Below, in pieces: positions 38,025-51,472 of a stretch of DNA of 64,000 bases (positions are counted from its first letter, which is position 1; the number at the start of each line of letters is the position of its first letter). Source of the stretch: Octopus sinensis (Eukaryota); contig NC_042998.1 of assembly GCF_006345805.1 (NCBI RefSeq), positions 69,750,001 to 69,814,000 on the forward strand. Direction: 5' to 3'. Under the pieces are notes generated by a model. The model was not told where the DNA came from. It did not search any database and saw nothing but the letters and a program-made list of their open reading frames with translations. Position numbers and translations under genes: made by a program.

Positions 38025-38600
38025 AGAAGAAGAAGAAGAAGAGAAGAAGAAGAAGAAGAAGAAGAAGAAGAAGAAGAAGAAGAAGAAGAAGAAGAAGAGA
38101 AGAAGAAGAAGAAGAAAGAGAAGAGGAGGTGGAGGAGGAAGAGAAGAAGGGAGAGAAGAAAAAGAAGAAGAAGAAAGAGAAGAGGTGGTGGAGGAGGAAG
38201 AGAAGAAGGAAGAGAAGGAGGAAGAGAAGAAGGAAGAGAAGAAGGAAGAGAAGAAGTAGAGAAGAAGAAGAAGAAGAAAGAGAAGAAGAAGAAGAAGAAG
38301 AAAGAGAAGAGGAGGTGGAGGAGGAAGAGAAGAAGGGAGAGAAGAAAAAGAAGAAGAAGAAAGAAAAGAGGTGGTGGAGGAGGAAGAGAAGGAGAAGGAA
38401 GAGAAGGAGGAAGAGAAGAAGGAAGAGAAGAAGGAAGAGAAGAAGTAGAAGAAGAAAAAGAAGAAGAAGAAGAAGAAGAAGAAGAAGAAGAAGAAGAAGA
38501 AGAAGAAGAAGAGAAGAAGAAGAAGAAAAGAAGTGTGTGTGAGGAGATAGGTAAATTGATAGATAGAGAGTGAGAGAGAGAAAGAGAGAGAGAGAGAGAA
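38025..38600 (+). repeat. Polypurine (GAA/GGA/GA)n tract with ~186-bp internal duplication
   Basis: Almost purine-only on the plus strand; GAGGAGGTGG at about 38123 and 38309. Confidence 0.9.
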
Positions 38601-38619
38601 GTTGGTGATGCTGATAATG

Positions 38620-39180
<561 letters not shown>

Positions 39181-39209
39181 TTTAATAGAAACCTTATTGC
39201 TAATCATTA

Positions 39210-39243
<34 letters not shown>

Positions 39244-39294
39244 TTCAATATTGGTGCTATTGATATTATTGTAAGGTTTATTATTACGCGTTAT

Positions 39295-39480
39295 AGCTAA
39301 GGCGGTGAGCTGCCAAAATTGTTAGCGCGTCGAACAAAATGCCTAACGCTATTTCTTTTGGTCCTTTATGTTCTGAGTCCAAATCCCACGGAGGTAAATT
39401 TTGCCCCTTTCGGGGTCGTAAAATAAAGAACCAGTCAAGAATAATCGACTTGTCCCCTCCCATCAAATTGCTGTATCAAA
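39295..39480 (+). mobile_element. Old SINE family B copy
   Basis: GGCGGTGAGCTGCCAAAATTGTTAGC...TTCGGGGTCG...CCCTCCCATCAAATTGCTG. Confidence 0.7.
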
Positions 39481-39494
39481 ATTAGAAATATTCT

Positions 39495-40541
39495 TTTCTA
39501 CTCTAGGCACAAGGGCCGAAGTTTTGGGGGAGGGGGCCAGTCGATTAGATCGACCCCAGTACGCAACTGGTACTTAATTTACCGACATCGAAAGGATGAA
39601 AGGCAAAGACGACCTTGGCGGAATTTGAACTCAGAACGTAAAGACAGACGAAAAAACGCTAACCATTTCGCCCACGTGCTAACGTTTCTTATTTCTTTAT
39701 TGCCCACAAGGGGCTAAATATATATTTCTTTACTACCCACAAGGGGCTAAACATAGAGGGGACAAACAAGGACAGGCAAACGGATTAAGCCGATTACATC
39801 GACCCCAGTGCGAATCTGGTACTTTATTTATCGACCCCGAAAGGATGAAGAGTAAAGTCGACCTCGGCAGAATTTGAACTCAGAACCTAACGGCCGACGC
39901 TATACCTATTTCTTTACTACCCACAAGGGGCCAAACACAGAAGAGACAAACAAGGACGGACAAACGGATTAAGTCGATTATATCGACCCCAGTGCGTAAC
40001 TGGTATTTATTTAATCGACCCCGAAAGGATGAGAGGCAAAGTCGACCTCGGTGGAATTTGAACTCAGAACCTAACGACAGACGAAATACCGCAAAGCATT
40101 TCGCCCGGCGTGCTAACGTTTCTGCCAGCTCGCCGCCTTTCAAGGGGCTAAATATAGAGGGGACAAACAAGGACAAACAAAGGGATTAAGTCGATTACAT
40201 TGACCCCAGTGCATAAATGGTACTTTAATTATCGACCCCGAAAGGATGAAAAGCAAAGTCGACCTCGGCAGAATTTGAACTCAGAACGTAACGGCAGATG
40301 CTATACCTATTTCTTTACTACCCACAAGGGGCCAAACACAGAGGAGACAAACAAGGACAGACAGACGGATTAAGTCGATTATACCGACCCCAGTGCGTAA
40401 CTGGTACTTAATTTATCGACCCCGAAAGGATGAAAGGCAAAGTCAACCTCGGCGGAATTTGAACTCAGAACGTAACGGTAGACGAAATACTGCTAAGCAT
40501 TTCGTCCGGCGTGCTAACGTTTCTGCCTTCTCGCCGCCTTT
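39495..40541 (-). mobile_element. Tandem cluster of five SINE family B units
   Basis: Units at about 39495-39687, 39722-39898, 39903-40140, 40141-40297 and 40303-40541; a ~400-bp truncated-plus-full dimer is repeated twice. Confidence 0.9.
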
Positions 40542-40939
40542 CAAAATAAGAAATATTACTGTTTTGTTGTAACTGTCACCATTGAAGTCGTTGTCATAAC
40601 CGTAGTAGTAGCAGTCGTCGTGATAATGATAGTGGTGGTGGTAGTAGAAGTAGTAGTGGTGATGGTAGTAGTAGTTGTAGTAGTATCAGTAGCAGTAGTA
40701 GTAGTAGTGTTGGTGGTAGCGGTGGTGGTGGTGGTGGTGGTGTTAGTTCTAGACTTGCAGTGTCACATAGCGAGTGTTCATCAAGAAACGTAAATATTTA
40801 GTTAACAGTTCGACATAAAAATCTGACACGGGTAGAAATTGCCACAGCGAAATTTTATGCGCGTGTGTGTGTGTGTGTGTATTTATGCATGTATACATGT
40901 CTGTCTGTCTGTCTATCTGTCTGTCTGTCTCTCTGTCTC

Positions 40940-40994
<55 letters not shown>

Positions 40995-41040
40995 TATGTA
41001 TATACATACATACATACATACATATATATATACATACATA

Positions 41041-41080
<40 letters not shown>

Positions 41081-41133
41081 CATACATATATATATACATA
41101 CATATATATATACATACATATATATATAAATAA

Positions 41134-41210
<77 letters not shown>

Positions 41211-41854
41211 TATATATACGCTTTTTCCGTGTATGTGTAAATATAGACGCATGAATGGCCGGATGTGAGTATGTATGCATGAATATATTTTCTTACTTTG
41301 AATTATTTAAATTCTTCCTATTTGAAAGGAGCTGGATTCTAAGAAAGAAATACTAGTCCACTGCTGGAATTTACATAATAACAACAGAGAAGAGTTTCAT
41401 TTGAAACTTCAAGAAAATTATTGCTTATTTTTACTGTTCTGCTTAAAGATGATATTTGCTAAGTGCCTGCTGGTTGGTGACTTGCTTCGCCTGAAAAAAA
41501 GAAGCTTTTCGACTTTATATCACATTTAATAAGATAGCCAAGTGCACCAATTATTGAAGGTAGAGAAGGTTAGAGATAGCCAATTATTGAAGGTAGAGAA
41601 GGTGAAGGTTTTGTAGCAGTGGTCCATAAATATTCTCTTTCTTATTGATTTTGAAAGAAAAGTTCACATCTTAAGGGCAGCTGATCTCTATGATTCGACA
41701 GCAATATCAGGATTGTTATTTTTGCATTTGGCAGAAACAAATATACATATACTCGCATGTGCGTGCGTATGTCTGTATGCATGTATGTATGTATCAACAT
41801 CAGAAATATTTCCTGTATTTATCCCAGAGCAGTATTTATCATTGAATGGCATTG

Positions 41855-43010
41855 TACGAGGGGAATTCCAGAAGTTTTGGGACTTTGTTTTTCAGGAGAG
41901 GCAGTTATAATTGTCCCAGGTTATTGTAATTTTATTACATCAATACTACACACCTAAAAAGCTGACCTGCCAACTTTTGTTATTCAAGATTGAAGGAGAC
42001 AGCTGCAACAGCACTTTGAACACCCCCTACTAAACACTGCTTTTCACAGCTGACTAGTTTGCAGGATGCAGACGAGAAGACAATTTGGAAGATCGCTATG
42101 CAATCAAGTTTTATGTTAATCTGGATAAAAATGCTACAGAAACTTATAAAATGCTCCAGACTGATTATGGATTTATTTGTATGAGCCGAGCATCAGTGTT
42201 TCACTGGCACAAGAGGTTCATTGACGGTAAAGAAGAGGTGAGAGACAATGAAAGGTGTAAGAGGTAGGGGGGCGTCAGAACATCAGAGCTGGTTGAAAAA
42301 TTTCACAATTTTCTGGATGAAGACAGTCGTGTGTCTATAAAGACAATAAGTGTACAGTTTGAAATTCATGTGGCGCGAATTATTCATGAAGATCTGAACA
42401 TGCGGAAAGCTTGGGCAAAGTTTGTCCTTAGAGTGTTCAATGACGAACAGAAGGAAAGACGAGTTGGAGACAGCAGGGAGATGGTTGAGCTCATTAACTC
42501 CATTCCAAGAGTGCTTGAGTTTCTAATGACTTGTAACGGAAGCTGGATCTACTGTTATGATCCAGAGACTAAGAGATCAAGTACCCATTGGAAGCATCCT
42601 GGTTCCTCCAAACCCAAGATAGCCAGGCAAAACAAGTCCATCGGGAAACCCATGATGATCCCTTTTTTCGACAGCAAGGGGATCGTTTACATCTACTGAG
42701 CTCCCTCTGGCTTGGCGGTCAACAATGACTACTTTGTGGAGGTTTTGAGGGAGCTCAGGAAGATATTTCATCGCAAAAGCCAAACCTCTTCCACTCGAGT
42801 AAGTGACATCTACACCAGGACAATGCACCAGTCCACAATTCCATCGTGGTAACCAACTACTTGACAGAGATGGACATCAAAATTATCCCTCACGCTCCCC
42901 TCGGTCCAGACCTTGCTTCCTGTGAATTTTGATTGTTCTTCAAGCTGAAGGAGAACCTCAGAGGCAGTCGTTTTGGAAACATCGAGAAAATGAATGCGGC
43001 TGTGATTCCA
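41855..43010 (+). mobile_element. Mariner (Tc1/mariner) element, transposase pseudogene, 3' end missing
   Basis: Starts TA+CGAGGGG; RYAIKFYV...ETYKML helix-turn-helix region, WIYCYDPETK, HQDNAPVH and PDLASCEF (from YSPDLAPCDF); at least four in-frame stops; catalytic DETW changed to NGSW. Confidence 0.92.
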
Positions 43011-43239
43011 CAGAAATGCTATTCTGCTTCATTTTGGAAGTTAAGCTGTTTCGCTTTCTATATTGATCATTAAGTATTTTATCGTTATCTCTTGCTCTGC
43101 GACATGGAAAACACAAAGTTAGAAATATGACAGGATGTAACGGTCACGAGACCAACAAAAGTTACACTTTATATCGACATTAGTATCGTTCTGATAATTA
43201 ACATTTTTCATTCAAATTTGCAGACTGATTCTCTTTTAG

Positions 43240-43297
43240 GTCTTTGTCACGATCCATTAATCTAGCATTTCTGGTTTGCATCGAAGGTCATCTCGAA
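43240..43297 (+). other. Candidate exon (58 nt)
   Basis: Acceptor CTGATTCTCTTTTAG and donor GAA|GTGAGT; one frame open (SLSRSINLAFLVCIEGHLE). Confidence 0.25.
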
Positions 43298-43696
43298 GTG
43301 AGTTATTCTTGGAGTTCGCTGTTGATTTGAACGATGTTGTTTGCTTTATTTTTGCGCATTTGGTTACTACATTCTGTTTTGCTGCGGTTGATTATAAGAT
43401 GCTGTTTTTGTGAAACCATACATTTGTTGTTTTTGTGATACTGAAATAGAGCTTGATAATATCTGTATTTCTGTGAAAAGTTCTTGTTGATATTAGGATC
43501 TGGTAGCTTTTAATATCGATAGGACAAGTTTGTTTCGTTTAGAGTGAAGCTGTCAAAATTTCCAAATTGCTTGCAGTACTAATGCTACAAAGATATTTTA
43601 TGGCATTACCTTGTAAGAAAACAGCTTCGATTGCCATATTCAAAAAATATATATATATAAAACTGATACAATATCCGTTGCTCGTTCTTTATTCAG

Positions 43697-43790
43697 AATT
43701 CTTTTGTGTCATACCTTTTCGTCAACATGTAGCTTTCGGAGTAGCTCGTTATTCTAGCAGCAGCATCATACTGTAAAGAAACATTTTGCG
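43697..43790 (+). other. Candidate non-coding exon (94 nt)
   Basis: Acceptor GTTCTTTATTCAG and donor GCG|GTAAGT; stops in all frames. Confidence 0.25.
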
Positions 43791-44188
43791 GTAAGTATTT
43801 TCCACGTGAAATATTTTCCACGGTTACGTGACCGGCATTTTCAGTCGCATATGATGGTGTAAGTGTATAGCAGTCTTTTTTGTTAAACATGTATTTTGTA
43901 ACTCTCTTCGAAGTGAGACGTGAAGTAAAAGTTTCGCACGAAAACAAGGTTGTATCTCCCTGTTAATATTAGAATTGTTCTCAGATTTCTGAGAAAGATC
44001 ACCATGCATGAAATTTCTTGGTATGCAAAATGTTCTTCATCCTATTTGTTGCTGAGTTAGATCCATCGGTAAAATTTACTATCGCATGAAGCGTCTTGAT
44101 GAACAGAATTCTTTTTGAGTCTCAACCGATTCGTGACCATCCTACCATTTTTTATCCAACATAGCGTATCTAACAACATACAAATACT

Positions 44189-44508
44189 GACATTCCGTCG
44201 GTTACGACGACGAGTATTTCAGTTGATCCGATCAAGGGAACTACCTGCTCGTGAAATTAACGTGCGAGTGGCTGAGCACTCCACAGACACGCGTACCCTT
44301 AAAGTAGTTCGCAAGGAGATTCAGTGTGACACAATGTGACAAGGCTGGCCCCTTTGAAATACAGGTACTACTCATTTTTGCCGACTGAGTGAACTGGAGC
44401 AAGGTGAAATAAAGTGTCTTGTTCAAGGACACAACGCAGTACTGGGAATCGAACTAACAACTTTATGATTACAAGCCGAATACCCCTAACCACCTAGCCA
44501 CGCACCTT
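44189..44508 (-). mobile_element. SINE family A
   Basis: Homologous to 1-308. Confidence 0.9.
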
Positions 44509-45631
44509 AACTAGAAACAAAAGTTCGGAACGCTTCACGAATCTAGAAGTACTTTATCCAAAGCATGATTTTTCTGCTCTAAGACACGCGAGGCATAATT
44601 CCAGGGCGATTAGGCTGCTATTTCTAACATATTAAAAGACAAAAACTTACTCTCAGTTATGTTTTAGATGTGTGGTCGCCATGTTTTAGCCGTATGTTGT
44701 TAATCCGCAGGGATGACGTTTGTAGCAAGATTATGCTCTTCATATATATTTATGGTGATTATGCGCTCTAGTGCTATTGAAGACCGGTTTGTTTTGTTTT
44801 CACTGAGGGATATATTCCAGGTCAGTGTTGATGGAAGTAGGCTAAGCGTAGCATCAGTTGTTTAACTTGCGTGTGGTGATAATGGATATCTTTTCAATGT
44901 TTTATAATACTGCAGCCATGCTTCAATATTCAGAAGACTGCACAGATTTAAAGCGATGCCAACTGACAGCTCAACTTTTGGCTTATTTTATCCCGATAAT
45001 ATTTAGGTTATGTTTGAGGAGCAATGAATTGTATCCCATCTACCGTTCACTGTTCCTCGTTCACTGCACAGTGTACACTGTACATTGTTTACTATGCTTT
45101 GTTTACAGTCCACTGTTATTTGTCCATTGTTCACTGATCCGGGTTCACCGTCCGGTGTGCGTCATTCGGTGTAGTGTAGATGTATAACAACGTCACGAAC
45201 AACAATGAATTCCGTTGTTCATTGAGGTATAACAATCAGATTAACGTCCCTTGTTGCAATTCACAATCTGTATGCATTCTTGTATTCACATACAGGAATA
45301 CATACAGACACAAATATGGACACAAAGAGGCACACATACAAGCACACATACAGACACACATACAAACACACATACGAAAACATACTTATATAGAGAAACA
45401 CACATGCTCATACAGAGAAACTATCACATACACACATTGACAAAAATACATACAAAAATAGACATAAATACACAAACACACTGACAGAGAGAGAGAGATA
45501 CATGCACATATGCATTCACACACACGTATATATACGCATAAACATATACATATATACGTACACATGTACATACGCATATACGCATACACATACAAGCAAA
45601 GGCATTTACAGACACACACTTATACATAAAC

Positions 45632-45668
<37 letters not shown>

Positions 45669-46095
45669 TAAGCACATATAGATGCATAAATTCTCACTTA
45701 CACACACTCAAAGAGTAACAGAACAGAGCAGAGAGAGGGAGAGCGAGAGGGAGAGGAAGAAAAGGAGAGGGCGAGACCGACAGACAAGCTGGCTCGAACA
45801 TACACATATCACATGCACACACATATATATAGAGGGAGAGATATCTAACAGAAAGCAGCACATATTCTGACATATACACATATATACACACATGCACACG
45901 TATACACACATATTTCAGATTAACTAAGCCAAACTCCAATGGCCACCCCTACCCTCTTCCATCCACCAAGATGAAGATGTTGATAGGAAAACTGGAGGGA
46001 TGAGGGTAGGGAAGTGTTGCAGCTAGAATATCTTACCACCACCACCACCACCAGGGTTCGGTTATACCCCTATAATTCTTCAAGACCCCATCCCA

Positions 46096-46153
<58 letters not shown>

Positions 46154-46374
46154 GAGTGAGAGAGAGCAGTGCATGCCCTCGCTCCCACCAATACCGACAC
46201 CATCACCATTTCCACTGTCGCAACCGCCACCACAGTTGAAACTACCATCATTATTGCCACCACCCTCGTCATCACCATCACCAACCCTCACTACCATCAC
46301 CAACACAACCATACAATAACAACAAACTCAGCAACAATATTTACACAGACTACTGCTAATCCTTATCGTCACAC

Positions 46375-46411
<37 letters not shown>

Positions 46412-46523
46412 CAGAGAGAGAGGAGAGAGAGAGAGACTTAGGTAGACAGAAAGACAGACAAACGCAGTGACGGTTAGACAAACACGCACACGCACACATA
46501 CAAGCAGTGACAGATATACGGGC

Positions 46524-46576
<53 letters not shown>

Positions 46577-48783
46577 CACACACACACACATACACATACA
46601 TACATATATATATATATATATGCATATATAGACACAAGCATACACATTTAGAGGAACGCTTACATACGTGCATAGTACACATATAATACATACACACATA
46701 CATACATACACATATATACATGCATACACACATACATGCATACATACAAACATAATACATACATACATACACACACACATACATACATACATACATACAT
46801 ACATACATACATACATACATACATACACACGCATACATACACACGCACACATATAAATCACATGGTGTGGAAGTCAGTGATGTCGGTATAAGGGATCGTT
46901 CATTATTTCGTCTAATGAGCAATATCCTCTACAATTTCTACCATTAATGCAGACATGGTAAAAGAAAAACAAAACCTAGTTATTTTCTTTGGATAAATGC
47001 AAAGAAGTGACTTTTCAGAGAAAATTGTAGGAAATAATCCAACAGCGAAATTAAACGAAATAAATAACACATGGTTACGTCATGACAGTAATACAGAGAA
47101 CACTCAAGGTCATTTATCGCAGGTCGCAGAACTATCAAAAGGAATTCTAGTGGAATTTTGTGAATCGAATCAAGATCTGTACCATTTCTACAAAAACAAA
47201 CAAACAAAAACAAACAAAAAATACCCCCCCACCCCAACCCCCAAATTAGAAGTTTGGGAAGATCCCTCGTTCGGTTAAAAGATGAGGATAGAGGGCTGTT
47301 AGAATGTAAAATGCCCTTGCTATTCTCGTTTCAGTGTAAAGCAATTACACCTGCTAACTATGATCGTTGGGAAAGAAACATGCTATTTTACCACGAAGAA
47401 CCAACCATAAAAAATACGCAGCAAATAGCAAAACCAACATCCCAGTAATTTCGCTGAAAGCATGAACCATAACCAAAACAAAACTGATAACAATAACACA
47501 GAGATACAACTGCCGTAATTACATAGACACACATACGAACAAACGAAAGAATAAATAGCTCGAAACACAGTTCACAGCAACGTTCAAGGCGACCTTAGCT
47601 ATTTTCATCCATAAACCCGTACATGAAAGAAACAGTATGGCTTGAGCCGATAGAAAACGTACTAACTTGATTTTATTCGTGATCGATCAGGTTGCTAAAA
47701 AATATCTAGTATAAATTGAAGCTCTCAGCTTTTGGACATAGAACGTCCTTCTCTATTGTGCTGCAATTTCCATTTGCCAACAGATGGGAGTAACAGATAT
47801 CGATCGGAACGACAATCGAAGTGGATTACATCTCCCTCCAAAAGAATGACAGACTCAAGGAAAACATCGGACAATTGGATACTACCACTAGATACAATAT
47901 TTGTTATAAATTGTCGAACTACCAGCTACGACTTGGTGAATGACTATCGAAAGTGTACATGAGCATGCCGACATAGGACACCCATAGTAAAATAATTATC
48001 CTTAAAAACGGACTTTGAGCAGTAAGTATTTACCAGAAAACAATAGTATCAATTAATTTACATTAAATCCACAAACTGCACATTGCTGTATAAAATGCAA
48101 TATAATCATTCTTGTAAATGCGCCTCCTCAGAATGATATCGATTCACTCTGGTGGCTTGGTGGAGAATCTAGAAAATAAATATGCTGTACACCCATGATA
48201 CAAAATGGTTTAAAAAAATACGAAGTGAGTATTGTATAAAGGTTTCTCTTACAACCTTACAACGAAACACTCCTAACAGTTGCTGTAAAACTTCTGACTG
48301 GAAAACTTACCTGAGAGAGAAAAAAGTTGTATTCGGTTATTGGTATAAGAATCAAGAATCCTACAGGAAACTCTCAACTTCTTCAAATAAACAATGAGCA
48401 TCTATCTCGATGTGCTAGGTTGCTTGACAGCCGCACACAAGTTGCTTGAATGTGTTTCTTCAAGATTACTGTGAAACATACAATGAGGCGAGTGATATGT
48501 TGGCAAGAAAAGAAAGTGCCAAACAGTTTCTCATGAACAGAGCTGTCCTTAAAGAAGCGAAAAACATAATTTTCGAAGTTTACTAATAAACTACCTTGTA
48601 ATAGTTTAGCCATAGATGCTATACCTAAACTGTAAGAAGATACTTGGCTTTGTCTTTCAATACTAGCGCCACTACACATTGCCAAGGTTCCATCTGCTAA
48701 GGCCGACACCATTAAAAGGCTGATTATAACATTGTTCACTCATCTATCCTTAAGACTGCACCTACAACTATAAAAACTAAACT

Positions 48784-49075
48784 GGCATTCCGTCGGTTAC
48801 GACAACGAGTGTTCCATTTGATCCGAGCATTGGAACAGCCTGTTCGTGAAATTAACGTGCGAGTGGCTGAGCACTCCACAGATACGTGTACCCTTAAAAC
48901 GCAGTTCCCAGGGAGATTCAGCCTGACACACGTACAATTCATTTTTGCCAGCTGAGCGGAATGGAGCAATGTGAAATAAAATGTCTTGCTCAAGGACACA
49001 ACGCGGTGTCAGAAATCGAACTCACAACCTTATGATCCTGAACCGAATACCTCAACCTCAAAGCCAGGCGCATTC
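48784..49075 (-). mobile_element. SINE family A, internally deleted
   Basis: Homologous to 44189-44508 but lacking about 40 bp of the body. Confidence 0.85.
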
Positions 49076-49668
49076 ACCGAAATCATAAAACAGAAGAGGT
49101 AAATGGTAACGTGACACCGACGATATTTCGGCTCAGAACGTACCGAGTCGATACGAATTACGGTGAAGCATATAATTCTCACGGGGGATAGGAATGGAGT
49201 TTGGGCAAGATATGGGTTCTAATTTTATAGTCAATCAAGAAAAGATTATTGACTAATCAAGGAATGGGGATATCAATGGTTTGTCCTTCGCTCTATCTCC
49301 AATAACAAATACTAGAACTATCTTTGAATTGTTGAGAGAAGTAATCTTATTTCGAATGTACACACACGCACACACACACGCGCGCACCCTTAAATATTTA
49401 TTTGAAGCATGACTGATATTAAAAAGGAATGGTTAATGTTGGAAAATTTCCGTAATATACACGAATTCAAAATGGGCCCTTCCCGATTTTGCCATGTCAA
49501 AAGAGAAAAACACGAATTAGATTTACTTAAAATTTGTTTCTGCTTATCCCCTGAAGCTCTGAGTGAAACAGTTTCATTTACAACATTTCTTATCCCCCCA
49601 CCCCACTCTGTCTGTTCTTCTGATTTAAAATGAAGACAATTATTTTTATCATTATAATATAAATAATG

Positions 49669-49960
49669 CAGTGTGGAAGGTGTTTATAAGCCATTTAAGA
49701 AACACAAAATCCGTTAGATTCACTTTAGATTCACTTTTTAGATTCACATTTAAATTTAATCTGGCAAAATATTTTCGTCGCTTTGAGACCGCGACCTGTT
49801 CACTGACAAAATTCCGTGCTGCAATTTAAATTTAAATGTTGAAGTGAATCTAACGGATTTTGTGTTTCTTAAATGGCTTATAAACACCTTCCACGCTGCA
49901 ATTGTTTTCGTTCCAGCACACGATCTCATATCAGGTCACTTGCTATGCAAGTACATCTCC
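49669..49960. mobile_element. Penelope-type inverted terminal-repeat insertion with 15-bp target-site duplication
   Basis: 59-bp inverted arms at 49667-49725 and 49842-49900 (1 mismatch); ATAATATAAATAATG at 49654-49668 and 49961-49975; hammerhead-like motif between the arms. Confidence 0.6.
49761..49811 (-). ncRNA. Candidate minimal type I hammerhead ribozyme (G3-C8 core variant)
   Basis: Minus strand TTTTGTCA-GTGAACAG-GTCGC(GGTCTCAAA)GCGAC-GAAA-ATAT-T-T-TGCCAG: stem I, variant core, 5-bp stem II, GAAA and a palindromic AATATT stem III. Confidence 0.45.
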
Positions 49961-49984
49961 ATAATATAAATAATGTAAAGCAGC

Positions 49985-50680
49985 TAGCTGATAGTTAGCA
50001 CACCGAGCAAAATTGTTAACGGTATTTCATCCGTCTTAAGGCGACGAGCTGGCAGAAATGTTAGCACGCCGGGCGAAATGCTTAGCAGTATTTCGTCTGC
50101 CGCTACGTTCTGAGTTCAAATTCTGCCGAGGTCGACTTTGCCTTTCATCCTTTCGGGGTCGATAAATAAAGTACCAGTTGCGCACTGGGGTCGATGTAAT
50201 CGACTTAATCCCTTTGTCTGTCCTTGTTTGTCCTCTCTGTGTTTAATCCCTTGTGGGTAATAAAGAAATAGGTATTTCATCCGTCTTAAGGCGACGAGCT
50301 GGCAGAAATGTTAGCACGCCGGGCGAAATGCTTAGCAGTATTTCGTCTGCCGCTACGTTCTGAGTTCAAATTCCGCCGAGGTCGACTTTGCCTTTCATCC
50401 TTTCGGGGTCGAAAAATAAAGTACCAGTTGCGCACTGGGGTCGATGTAATCGACTTAATCCCTTTGTCTGTCCTTGTTTGTCCTCTCTGTGTTTAGCCCC
50501 TTGTAGGTAGTAAAGAAATAGGTATTTCATCCGTTTTTACTTTCTGAGTTCAAATTCTGCCGCGGTCAACTTTACCTTTTATCCTTTAGGGGTTGATAAC
50601 ATTAATACCAGTCGAGTACTTGCCGTTGATGTAATCGACTTACTTCTCCAAAATAGCTGGCATTGTGCCAAAATTTGAAA
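49985..50680 (+). mobile_element. Two young SINE B copies nested in tandem inside an older SINE B
   Basis: Near-identical copies at about 50039-50270 and 50288-50520, bracketed by GGTATTTCATCCGT(C/T)TT three times. Confidence 0.9.
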
Positions 50681-50988
50681 TCAGTTAATCAACTACTTGT
50701 CTATCTATTATTCTATTCCTCGACGTTGGAAACGCAGAAACAGAAACTGACTGGTCCATGAATATGGAACTGAGAGTGTTTAATGATACTCTTATGAGAA
50801 TAAAGACTGAAAATTTGATGAACAAAATTAAAACTGTTAATGTGTGTGTGTATGATGCGCGCATGATACATAAAACTAGTGGCTTTTGACTTATTTTTGT
50901 ACCTTTCCGTTTATTATACTTACACACACACGCACACATTTCTATCTCGCTGTGAAGTCTGTTATTCTATGAGTCAATGTGTGCTACA

Positions 50989-51119
<131 letters not shown>

Positions 51120-51216
51120 GGTCTGTCTGTCTGTCTGCCTGTCTATCTACACTTCTCTCTCTCTCTCTTTGTTTACAGTCGGAAAAAGTACTCAGTACTC
51201 CCTGGTGGAGATTAAT

Positions 51217-51458
<242 letters not shown>

Positions 51459-51472
51459 CATCTATCTATCTA

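Noticed and set aside
37997-38542. 181-aa Lys/Arg/Glu-rich ORF
   Set aside because: It is the translation of a GAA/GGA polypurine tract.
41855-43010. Mariner as an active or domesticated transposase
   Set aside because: Multiple stops, mutated catalytic aspartates and no right terminal repeat.
46997-47962. Three short plus-strand ORFs, some preceded by acceptor-like sites
   Set aside because: No recognisable domain, weak donors and no consistent phase chain.
48383-48739. 118-aa minus ORF; the plus strand has NEASDMLARK, resembling a LINE RNase H motif
   Set aside because: Similarity is limited to one short motif amid stops, so neither a gene nor an element can be supported without a profile search.
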